Source: Patescibacteria group bacterium
GTDB lineage: Bacteria; Omnitrophota; Gorgyraeia; Gygaellales; Profunditerraquicolaceae
DNA length: 64,000 nt
NCBI GenBank assembly: GCA_035506195.1
Contig: DATJPV010000023.1
Location: 1,050-65,049, forward strand
Direction: 5' to 3'
In this document: one piece after another, positions 32,987 to 40,456 of the stretch
How positions within the stretch are numbered: position 1 is the first letter of the stretch
Layout: every line of letters begins with the position of its first letter
Position numbers and translations under genes: made by a program
Notes under the pieces: generated by a model
The model's input: the letters and a program-made list of their open reading frames with translations, nothing else
Databases searched by the model: none
What the model was told of the DNA's origin: nothing

Positions 32987-33707
32987 ATACAGTAATGCAG
33001 GCGGCCACGCTCAAGGCTGCGGTATCGACCCGCAACACCAGTTCTCCCAGGGAAATGCCGATGAACCCGCATTCGGCGGCGCGGGCAACCTCTTGCCGGC
33101 TGAAGTCGCCTTCCGGGCCGATACATACAATGATGCTGCGGTATCTCTGCGCGCTCAAGGCGCTTTTCAGAGAACGCCGGCTGCCGAAGAGCGAGCCGAT
33201 CAATTTAAGGTCATACTCGCCGGCCAACGCAAAAACTTTTTCCATATTCATGATCGGCTCCACAACCGGGACGGTGTTGCGCTGGCTTTGCTTTGCCGCT
33301 TCCAGCGCAATCTTTTGCCAGCGGGAAAGCCTCTGGAGCTTTTTGCGTTCATCGAGCCTAACCACAACGCGTTCGCTTTCCAGCGGTATGATACGGTCCA
33401 CGCCAAGCTGGGTGAGCTTATCTACGATTTCATCCATCTTGGCCTTTTTAGGGATAGCACAGGCAATAGCCAGGCTGTACGCCTTGGCCTTACGGTGCAG
33501 AAGCCTCTCTTTTATATCCAAGAGCACGGCTTTCTTGGAAATACTGCGAATACCGCAAAGATATTCATTGCGCTCTTCGTCGAACGCCACGATCGTATCT
33601 CCTGTCTCCAGATGCAGCACGTCCTGGATATGATGGATCTGCGCTGCGTCGTGTATGCTGATCTGAGCGGATGATATTTGTTTTGACGAAACTAAACACC
33701 GGTGCAT
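32973..33707 (-). CDS. rsmE: 16S rRNA (uracil1498-N3)-methyltransferase
   Basis: 244 aa; RsmE/SPOUT knot motifs (HHIQDVLHL, VCIGPEGDFS, LGELVLRVDTAA). Confidence 0.82.
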   Translation of the reverse strand: MHRCLVSSKQISSAQISIHDAAQIHHIQDVLHLETGDTIVAFDEERNEYLCGIRSISKKAVLLDIKERLLHRKAKAYSLAIACAIPKKAKMDEIVDKLTQLGVDRIIPLESERVVVRLDERKKLQRLSRWQKIALEAAKQSQRNTVPVVEPIMNMEKVFALAGEYDLKLIGSLFGSRRSLKSALSAQRYRSIIVCIGPEGDFSRQEVARAAECGFIGISLGELVLRVDTAALSVAACITVYENG

Positions 33708-33711
33708 TCTC

Positions 33712-34368
33712 TCACCTATACGCTTTCATTATCACCTGGATCCCTAGAACTGCGATCACCAAACCGCAGCTCGTTCGCAACAGCCGCACATAGATAGCCG
33801 GCCCCCTGCGCAGCCAGGCCGGGATACATCCTGCCAGCGCTACCAGTACGATAAGCACGGATACGCACGTCCCTGCACCGAACGCCAGACCGTAGCAGAA
33901 GGCCTGTGCCCATGTTTTCGATACCAACCCCACATACGAAAGCACGGCAAACAAGGGGGCGCAAGGGGATATCCCCAGGACCAACCCCAGTAAGAGAGCG
34001 CTGGGGTAACCCTTTTGCAGAAAATGAGCTTCGAACATGCGACAGACTGGCCAGGCCAAATCCTTCCCCAGCGCCATGAGTACCCCTATTACGGCAATGA
34101 ACGCGCCTCCGGCAATCGCCGCATATCTGGCGATGCTGCCGCAGGCTCCTTCGAACACAAAGCTACCCGCAAAGAATACGGCGATACTCAAGCCCGCATA
34201 TACCGCCATGCGGCCGGCGCAAAACTGGGCATAAAAAGCCAGGGCCCCGGTAACGTTCTTGCGGGTGCCGGCAACATACGATACCAGTATCGGCCCGCAA
34301 CTGGCCGCGCAGGGACCACAGCCTAACAACAAACCGGTAACGAAAAGATTCGCAATAAGGGGGAACAC
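33712..34368 (-). CDS. Cys-rich polytopic membrane protein, CcdA/DsbD-transmembrane-region-like (tentative)
   Basis: 218 aa, about 6 TM. Cys motifs inside the first TM segments (LLGCGPCAASCGPIL; LGISPCAPLF) resemble thiol-disulfide transporter/CcdA-like proteins. Family assignment from memory only. Confidence 0.4.
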   Translation of the reverse strand: MFPLIANLFVTGLLLGCGPCAASCGPILVSYVAGTRKNVTGALAFYAQFCAGRMAVYAGLSIAVFFAGSFVFEGACGSIARYAAIAGGAFIAVIGVLMALGKDLAWPVCRMFEAHFLQKGYPSALLLGLVLGISPCAPLFAVLSYVGLVSKTWAQAFCYGLAFGAGTCVSVLIVLVALAGCIPAWLRRGPAIYVRLLRTSCGLVIAVLGIQVIMKAYR

Positions 34369-34370
34369 CG

Positions 34371-35888
34371 CTAGGGCTCTTTTTCGGAGAAGACCGTAGC
34401 CGTAAACACATAAAGCTCGGTAGCTTTTTCTTTCCAGGCGTCGGGGGAAAGCCCTGCCTTATGGCTGCAGAGCGCAGAGAGGAATTCCTCCTTTGACCAG
34501 CCGGTTTCTGCGGCCACCTGGGGCAGGAACACGCCGCTACGGTATCCGCGCTTTACCAATACGCCGTGGGTCCCGAGCTTTATTTCATCGACGGAAGAAA
34601 CCCGCTGGAGAGGAGAAAGTACCGAAATCTCTATCTCGGCATCCTTAAGCTCTGCCGGCTGAAGGGGCGGGAAACGCGGATCCCCCACTGCCGACTCGAC
34701 GGCCATATCCCTTATCGTCAGGTATAACGGCTGATTGCCGACGAGATTACCGATGCAGCCGCGCAGCTGGCCATGCTCGTGCAAGGTTACAAAGGCGCCG
34801 TGCGCCTTGGACAGGACCGGATCGTCTTCAACAAGCTCCATGCGCTTGCCGGTTTTTAAATATGCTTCTATCGAGGCGCGGGCGATCTCCAGAAGCCTTT
34901 TTTTCTGGTTAGTGTTGAGCATCTGCGCTCCCCTTTCCTGTGGTTGGTCGATGGCACAGCTGGAGTAACCCACGGTCCAGATACCCTTGATCTTTCTTCC
35001 GGTCACCACCGCGGAATTCGTGTAGTGCAGGACCTCAAGCGTTTCGTGCCCCAGCGACTTGGCCAGATCAAGCACGGTGACAACCGGAAAACCTCCGCAT
35101 AGCTGGGCTTTTTCCTCGCGCAAGCCATAGTATAATCCCAATACGTCCATATTCCTTAAATACACCAGGGTCTGCCTGTCCGCGGCCTCCGCGGCCTCAT
35201 AGTCGTAACCGTGATACATATCGCTGGAAGCGACCACCAGCACATCTTCGCGCGTGCCTATCGCCTCCTTCAAGAGACTGGCAAGCTTACGGCAGACGGC
35301 AAGAGTACAGTCCCCCATAACTATCGGCACGACCTTGAATTCGGAAAGCGACCGCTGAAGAAATGGCAGCTGTACCTCCACGGAATGCTCCTGCTCAAAT
35401 GCCGCCGGCAGAAAGGTAATCGCGCCGTCCTGATTAAGGAGCCTCTGGGCAAATTGCGCATCGACTTCGACATCGCCCAGGGGCGTCCGGAATGCCCCCT
35501 GGGGATATACAGACACCGCATCAAACCCAAAACGATGGCTTGGGCCGATCACCACGACTGTCCGGTACGGCTTGCCCTTGATCAGCTTGTACGCGTATGC
35601 AGCGGTCTGGCCGGAATATCCGTATCCGGCATGCGGACAGACCAACGCAATGACCGGGCCGGACATCGGTTTAGGCTGCGCTGCCGCAAGGAACCCGTCG
35701 ACCATCGAACGCAGCTGCTGGGGGTTATCAGGATAGAACGCGCCGGCGACGTTCGGCTCTTTGATATCGGACGCAGCGCAATTCCCCTGCGCCAAGGAAC
35801 CAAAGAGCATAGCGACAGTTACGATGATTACTTTAATTCCAGACGCCTGCGATCTTTTCTCCGCAAAATTTACATTTTCCATCGACAA
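34371..35888 (-). CDS. AmmeMemoRadiSam system fusion protein: MEMO1-like (protein B) N-terminal domain plus AMMECR1 (protein A) C-terminal domain, with N-terminal signal peptide
   Basis: 505 aa. The Memo region carries VAGAFYPDNP...CPHAGYGYSG...SSDMYHG. The AMMECR1 region carries GAFVTLHEHGQLRGCIGN. The start is TTG 35888 (or ATG 35882) after GGAGGTGA. The first 38 aa MSMENVNFAEKRSQASGIK-VIIVTVAMLFGSLA-QGN look like a signal peptide. It overlaps the rSAM gene end by 56 nt. Confidence 0.85.
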   Translation of the reverse strand: MSMENVNFAEKRSQASGIKVIIVTVAMLFGSLAQGNCAASDIKEPNVAGAFYPDNPQQLRSMVDGFLAAAQPKPMSGPVIALVCPHAGYGYSGQTAAYAYKLIKGKPYRTVVVIGPSHRFGFDAVSVYPQGAFRTPLGDVEVDAQFAQRLLNQDGAITFLPAAFEQEHSVEVQLPFLQRSLSEFKVVPIVMGDCTLAVCRKLASLLKEAIGTREDVLVVASSDMYHGYDYEAAEAADRQTLVYLRNMDVLGLYYGLREEKAQLCGGFPVVTVLDLAKSLGHETLEVLHYTNSAVVTGRKIKGIWTVGYSSCAIDQPQERGAQMLNTNQKKRLLEIARASIEAYLKTGKRMELVEDDPVLSKAHGAFVTLHEHGQLRGCIGNLVGNQPLYLTIRDMAVESAVGDPRFPPLQPAELKDAEIEISVLSPLQRVSSVDEIKLGTHGVLVKRGYRSGVFLPQVAAETGWSKEEFLSALCSHKAGLSPDAWKEKATELYVFTATVFSEKEP

Positions 35889-36936
35889 TATTCACCTCCA
35901 GCACAATATACCCCGAACGCCTGATCAAGACCTTGTTGCAGGCAGGACAATACGTCTGCTCCGCCGGATGAGGGGATATATTTCCTATATACACGTACTT
36001 GAGCCCGCAGTCAAGCGCAATATCCCTGGCCTTTTCCAGGGCGCTTACCGGCGTCGGGTTCAACGCAGCCAGTTTATACAAAGGGAAAAAGCGGGAAAAG
36101 TGCAACGGCGTATCCGCGCCCAGGTTATCCTTGATCCAGCGGCACATGGCGATGAGTGTCTGACTGTCATCGTTAAACCCCGGGACGATCAGGTTGGTAA
36201 CCTCCAGGTGCACCCCGGCTTTTTTTATGGCTTTTAACGTCTCCAGGACCGGCCCAAGCGTAGCGTCGGAAAACCGGGCGTAGTAATCATCGCTGAATCC
36301 CTTCAGGTCGATGTTCGCCGCATCCAGATACGGAAGGAGCTGCTCCAGCGGCTCTTTGTTGATATAACCGGCGGAGTGCATCATGTTGCGTATCCCCTGC
36401 TTCTTGGCCAGCTTCGCAGTCTCCAGCATATATTCATAAAATATGGTCGGCTCAGTGTAGGTATAGGCGATGGTCGGGCTGCCCGCCTCCTTGACCCTGC
36501 GCACCAGTTCTTCGGGCGATACGTCCAGAGAACTGACCTCCTCGGGCTTGCGCTGGGAGATCTCCCAGTTTTGGCAAAATTTACAGCGCAGGTTGCACCC
36601 CGCCGTGGCGATGGAATAGGCGGCGGTGCCGGGCAGAAAATGAAACAGGGGCTTTTTTTCGATCGGATCGATGTGCACGGCGACGGGCCGGGAGTATACA
36701 AGCGTATACAGCGTGCCGTTACGGTTCTCCCTTACACCGCAGAAACCGCGCCTGCCTTCGGTAATCAGGCAGTTGCGCGGACACAAATGGCACTGGACGG
36801 CCCTGTCTTTAAGTTTCTCATAAAAAAGGGCTTCTTTGAGGGTCGTTGCGGCGGTTAACCGAGGAAGCGCAATGCAGGCCCCCAAGAGGACCCAAAGGAA
36901 GGCAAAAAGGCAAGCCGCTCTTATGGCATGCTTCAT
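35833..36936 (-). CDS. AmmeMemoRadiSam system radical SAM enzyme
   Basis: 367 aa. Conserved EALFYEKL...VQCHLCPRNC and the radical SAM cluster motif CNLRCKFCQNW. N-terminal hydrophobic segment AACLFAFLWVLLGACIAL. The ATG lies 15 nt after the tRNA-Ala 3' end with no SD. Confidence 0.85.
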   Translation of the reverse strand: MKHAIRAACLFAFLWVLLGACIALPRLTAATTLKEALFYEKLKDRAVQCHLCPRNCLITEGRRGFCGVRENRNGTLYTLVYSRPVAVHIDPIEKKPLFHFLPGTAAYSIATAGCNLRCKFCQNWEISQRKPEEVSSLDVSPEELVRRVKEAGSPTIAYTYTEPTIFYEYMLETAKLAKKQGIRNMMHSAGYINKEPLEQLLPYLDAANIDLKGFSDDYYARFSDATLGPVLETLKAIKKAGVHLEVTNLIVPGFNDDSQTLIAMCRWIKDNLGADTPLHFSRFFPLYKLAALNPTPVSALEKARDIALDCGLKYVYIGNISPHPAEQTYCPACNKVLIRRSGYIVLEVNIVDGKCKFCGEKIAGVWN

Positions 36937-36951
36937 GGGCAGGGATAAAAG

Positions 36952-37024
36952 TGGAGCAGATGGGATTCGAACCCACGGCCTTCGCGATGCGAACGCGACG
37001 CTCTCCCAGCTGAGCTACTGCCCC
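36952..37024 (-). tRNA. trnA: tRNA-Ala (anticodon CGC)
   Basis: Reverse complement GGGGCAGTAGCTCAGCTGGGAGAGCGTCGCGTTCGCATCGCGAAGGCCGTGGGTTCGAATCCCATCTGCTCCA. G3:U70 Ala identity pair, anticodon loop TT-CGC-AT, no encoded CCA. Confidence 0.9.
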
Positions 37025-37090
37025 AAAAGGTTGTTGTCTAGCTGTATCTTTTGGGACGTCCCCGTAGGGGGCTGCCCGAAAATATTATCC

Positions 37091-37119
37091 ACTTTACCAC
37101 ACTTTTCTGATTTTCGCAA
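37091..37119 (-). promoter_or_regulatory. possible promoter for tRNA-Ala / rSAM transcript (TTGCGA-17-TGGTAAAGT, extended -10)
   Basis: Minus strand reads TTGCGA-AAATCAGAAAAGTGTGG-TAAAGT with TG at -15/-14. A GC-rich palindrome GGGACGTCCCCGTAGGGGGCTGCCC (37048-37072) lies in the predicted leader. Confidence 0.25.
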
Positions 37120-37133
37120 ATCAAAAGGCGGGG

Positions 37134-37760
37134 TTAGTTTGCCGACACCGATGGCATGCGAATGCGCGAAAAAAGCCTGATGCTCGGATTTTTGGGGCTA
37201 CCGCACGCATCAGGGTTACCGTCCGGATCCCAGCAGGCGGTTACCTGTATTTCCAGCGTATCCGCAGACGGATTCAAAACATATGTCGGCTGAGCCGGAT
37301 CGTTGCCAAAATCAGGGCTGATCTTTTTTTGAGTAATCACCTCATATACGCCCGGGGCGGTAGTAAGGTCCGGATAATACCAGACTTCGTAATTCGGCGC
37401 GGACCGGTAACGATAGGCGATCTGCCTGTCGGCAGGAGAGGCATCCCTGCGGCCATTACCGTTATAATCGATCCATACGGTCATCGTCGTGTCTCCGCCG
37501 ATGGTGGTCATTGCTATCGGAGGGTTGATCGTATCCCCTATCGCTCCGCCCCTGTCGCTTGAACCTACGATACTGCGGGTTATGTGCCCTACCAAAAATG
37601 AAGCCTCCTGCTGCACCTGGGCGCGCCGCATCGAAATGAGCAGATGACCGTAGCAAAAGCTATCGATCATCGCAAAAGCGCCGACAATGATCGACATCAG
37701 AACCAGACTTATGATAAGCTCGATAAGCGTAAGGGATTTAAGGTGTCGGAGGGGGCTCAT
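37134..37760 (-). CDS. minor pilin / pseudopilin with prepilin-type N-terminal helix
   Basis: 208 aa. N-terminus HLKS-LTLIELIISLVLMSIIVGAF (E at +5 of the putative mature end), followed by a variable domain. Confidence 0.65.
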   Translation of the reverse strand: MSPLRHLKSLTLIELIISLVLMSIIVGAFAMIDSFCYGHLLISMRRAQVQQEASFLVGHITRSIVGSSDRGGAIGDTINPPIAMTTIGGDTTMTVWIDYNGNGRRDASPADRQIAYRYRSAPNYEVWYYPDLTTAPGVYEVITQKKISPDFGNDPAQPTYVLNPSADTLEIQVTACWDPDGNPDACGSPKNPSIRLFSRIRMPSVSAN

Positions 37761-38103
37761 TCCACGTAATGGTAACTTTTACTTTTTTCAAGTGGGAATT
37801 CCCGACCCAGGCGCTCACATCAGCCGTACTGTATGCCGGGGTATAGGTAATGGGGGGCACCTGCAGGGCGCCCGGGCATCCGGTACCTGCGGTGAGGCAA
37901 TTACTGCCCCAGGTAGCCTGATTGACGTCTGCCTGCAAAGGGTCCAGAAAATACCTTCCCAGCTCTCCGCCGGCGCTACGGCTGCGGCTATGGAGCAGGC
38001 TGCGCCTGCCGGTTATGAAAACGCTGGACATCCCGGCGAGCACCAGCGCAAGCAATATTGCCGCTACCAATACCTCAATCAAGCTCACGGCCCTTTTACT
38101 CAT
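37738..38103 (-). CDS. minor pilin / pseudopilin
   Basis: 121 aa. N-terminus MSKRA-VSLIEVLVAAILLALVLAG (E+5). 23-nt overlap with the downstream pilin gene. Confidence 0.6.
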   Translation of the reverse strand: MSKRAVSLIEVLVAAILLALVLAGMSSVFITGRRSLLHSRSRSAGGELGRYFLDPLQADVNQATWGSNCLTAGTGCPGALQVPPITYTPAYSTADVSAWVGNSHLKKVKVTITWNEPPPTP

Positions 38104-38124
38104 ACAGAAACTTAAAAGAAGCCC

Positions 38125-38523
38125 TTACCATGACCCGTCGCAGGCATACGGCTCTTCCGTGGAAGCGCTTTGATTCGTGCACCAGACATGGTTGGTTTTC
38201 GTAACGCGCTGCGCCTTACCGATAAAGGCGTTAGGGGAAGTAGTAACGTTATCGACTTTATAATTCCATCGCGATCCCGCCTGCGGCAACATAAGGTTAA
38301 GCAGGGAGTTGACCGTAGTGTTGTCGGCGGCGGCGACATAAGCCCCGATTTCCATTTTGTAGATTCTTTCAGCCGACTGGATAAGCTTCAAATTGGCGAT
38401 GGCCTCTTTATCCAAGACAGCTTCTCGGTGCGCGGTATATTGGGCTACGCCGATAGTAGCCAAGACACCGATAATGACAAGCACTACCATTGTTTCCATT
38501 AAGGTGAAGCCCTTAATCTTCAT
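38125..38523 (-). CDS. GspG/PilA-like pseudopilin (type IVa prepilin leader MKIKG|FTLMET)
   Basis: 132 aa; G-1/F+1/E+5 signature, TLMETMVVLVIIGVLATIGV helix. The start codon directly abuts the T-tract of the upstream terminator, with no SD. Confidence 0.75.
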   Translation of the reverse strand: MKIKGFTLMETMVVLVIIGVLATIGVAQYTAHREAVLDKEAIANLKLIQSAERIYKMEIGAYVAAADNTTVNSLLNLMLPQAGSRWNYKVDNVTTSPNAFIGKAQRVTKTNHVWCTNQSASTEEPYACDGSW

Positions 38524-38524
38524 A

Positions 38525-38575
38525 TAAAAAAATGACAGTCCTTATTGCGTGCCTACGCACGCAATAAGGACTGTC
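38525..38575 (-). terminator. rho-independent terminator after the major pilin gene
   Basis: Perfect 19-bp stem GACAGTCCTTATTGCGTGC / GCACGCAATAAGGACTGTC with a 4-nt loop, followed on the minus strand by TTTTTTT. Confidence 0.8.
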
Positions 38576-38595
38576 TCCGAGCTTGCACAAAACAA

Positions 38596-39024
38596 TTAAT
38601 AACCGCCAGATCCTCCCCACGTATCAACACCCGTGCTCAGGACCGATGTCAACTGGACGTCTCCAGCAGTTGATGCCTGCGGGAGTTTTCCACCAGCTGT
38701 ACAACGTGTTGCTACGCCGGTAACGTTTGTTGCAGCCGAAGTTACCGAATAGCTGAACCAATGCGAGGCGCGGCAAGCGCTGGGAATCTGATCGGCATTG
38801 GTACCGATATGGGCAGTAGAAGCCCCGGTTCCAAAACTGGCGGTGCTACCGAATTCCAAATAATATCCCGCCGATAGCTTCCTGATGTCGCCCAAAATAG
38901 CCTTGGCTTCTGCACCACGAGATTTCTCGATCATTCTGGCATATTGCGTGAAACCGAGGATCGCCAACACGCCCAAAATGATAATAACTACGATCAACTC
39001 GAGCAACGTAAAACCTTTTTTCAT
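38596..39024 (-). CDS. pilA: major type IVa pilin (PilA-like)
   Basis: The track ORF is N-extended. ATG 39024 follows AAAAGGAGGAGACAAC. MKKG|FTLLELIVVIIILGVLAILGF prepilin signature. 142 aa. Flanked by its own consensus promoter and a strong terminator. Confidence 0.85.
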   Translation of the reverse strand: MKKGFTLLELIVVIIILGVLAILGFTQYARMIEKSRGAEAKAILGDIRKLSAGYYLEFGSTASFGTGASTAHIGTNADQIPSACRASHWFSYSVTSAATNVTGVATRCTAGGKLPQASTAGDVQLTSVLSTGVDTWGGSGGY

Positions 39025-39167
39025 GTTGTCTCCTCCTTTTTTATTATTAAACCTGTGATTCATTTGATTCATTTTTTGTTTCTCGGAAAATTTTGATTTC
39101 GGTTATAGATGTGCTGCCTGTATCTATAGAGCCTGCCTTTACCACCCCCTTTCATGCTTCTGTTCAA

Positions 39168-39196
39168 ACTATATCACAAAATACCAATGCTGTCAA
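39168..39196 (-). promoter_or_regulatory. consensus sigma70 promoter with extended -10 for the major pilin (TTGACA-17-TGATATAGT)
   Basis: Minus strand reads TTGACA-GCATTGGTATTTTGTGA-TATAGT. It begins about 20 nt after the pilC stop. The predicted leader is about 135 nt. Confidence 0.55.
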
Positions 39197-39214
39197 CAAG
39201 TTAGCAAAGAATTA

Positions 39215-40456
39215 CTATGACCCTCCGATCTTGGAAATCTGGAAGATAGGCAAGAACATCCCAACGACCATAACGCCGATAACCAGACCCATGAAAATAA
39301 GCATGAGCGGTTCGAACATCGCGGTAAACCTCGTCAAGAACGTCTCGACGTACTCTTGATAAAACGTATTTACTTTTTTGAACATCTGCGATAGCTCGCC
39401 GATCTCTTCTCCGATCGAAACCATCTGGACGAACATCGGCTCGAAAAAACCGCTTTTCTCCAGCGGCTGGCTCAGGGGTTTGCCTTCCCGCACGTCGTCT
39501 TTTATTTTGCGGATGATGTCTCCGACGATCAGATTACCGACGCTGCGTTCGGCGATCTCAAGAGAATAAAGGATAGGCACGCCGCTTTCAACCAGCGTAG
39601 ACATCTCTGATGAGAACCTTTCCAGTATGAGCGCATGAAAAAATTCACCCAACACCGGCATGTCGAACTTAAAACGCTCCCACTGACGCCGCCCGTCGCC
39701 GCTGCGCGTGTATCTCCGGAAAAGAAAGAACAGGACCACAGAGCCTCCTATGCCGACCAACAAATAGTGCCTGAGAAAACTACTCACCGAAAGAAGTATC
39801 TTGGTGAGCGCAGGCAGCTCGACGTTGAACCCTTTGAATAATTCGGCAAACGTAGGAATAATTTTGACCGATAAAAACAAAAGCGCCCCTAAACCGGCAA
39901 CGGTAAGTATGACAGGATAGACTAACGCGGAAACCACCTTCCGCCTAAAGGCTTCCATCCTCTCCAGGTAATTTGCGAGGCGGCTCAATATGATTGCCAA
40001 GTTTCCGGAAGCCTCACCGCTCTCTACGAGGTTAACCCATAATTCGTTAAACACCTTAGGGTGTTTTGCCATCGTTTCATGAAGGCTGATACCGGCCTCC
40101 ATGTTGCGCTGTAGGTCTCTCATTACCACCTGGAGCTTGCGGCTGGAAACCTGCTGCGAAATAATATCGAGGCTCTTTAAGATCGTCACGCCCGCGCCGA
40201 GCAATGTCGCCAATTGGCGGCAAAAAAGCGTCAGGTCCTCATCCTTGATCCCTGAATGCTGCGGCCTGAATTTCTCCTTCTGCTGCCCGGGCTCTTTAAA
40301 GGCCGGCGCGCCTTCTTTGGGCTCCGAAAGAATGCTGACGACTATCAGATCCTTTGCCTGAAGCCTGCCGACGACCTCTTCCTGCGATGAGGCTTCTTCT
40401 ACGCCGGTTATTTTCTTACCGGTGACATCCCTGGCGGTATAAAAGAATCTTGGCAT
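39215..40456 (-). CDS. pilC: type IV pilus inner-membrane platform protein PilC/GspF family
   Basis: 413 aa. Two T2SSF repeats, each with 3 TM. N-terminus MPRFFYTARDVTGKKITG. Confidence 0.9.
   Translation of the reverse strand: MPRFFYTARDVTGKKITGVEEASSQEEVVGRLQAKDLIVVSILSEPKEGAPAFKEPGQQKEKFRPQHSGIKDEDLTLFCRQLATLLGAGVTILKSLDIISQQVSSRKLQVVMRDLQRNMEAGISLHETMAKHPKVFNELWVNLVESGEASGNLAIILSRLANYLERMEAFRRKVVSALVYPVILTVAGLGALLFLSVKIIPTFAELFKGFNVELPALTKILLSVSSFLRHYLLVGIGGSVVLFFLFRRYTRSGDGRRQWERFKFDMPVLGEFFHALILERFSSEMSTLVESGVPILYSLEIAERSVGNLIVGDIIRKIKDDVREGKPLSQPLEKSGFFEPMFVQMVSIGEEIGELSQMFKKVNTFYQEYVETFLTRFTAMFEPLMLIFMGLVIGVMVVGMFLPIFQISKIGGS

Noticed and set aside
33712-34368. Assigning the Cys-rich membrane protein specifically as CcdA (cytochrome c biogenesis)
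   Set aside because: No cytochrome c maturation genes are nearby. The motif spacing is only loosely CcdA-like. Reported as tentative family membership only.
39025-39072. 16-codon upstream extension of the major pilin ORF (MNQMNHRFNNKKGGDN)
   Set aside because: The ATG at 39024 is preceded by a strong SD (GGAGGAG) and yields the canonical short prepilin leader MKKG|F. The upstream codons have no SD and lie in the leader.
39093-39359. 88-aa plus-strand ORF spanning the pilC-pilA intergenic region
   Set aside because: It overlaps the pilin promoter and the 3' end of pilC. No SD and no conserved features. The region is better explained as a promoter.
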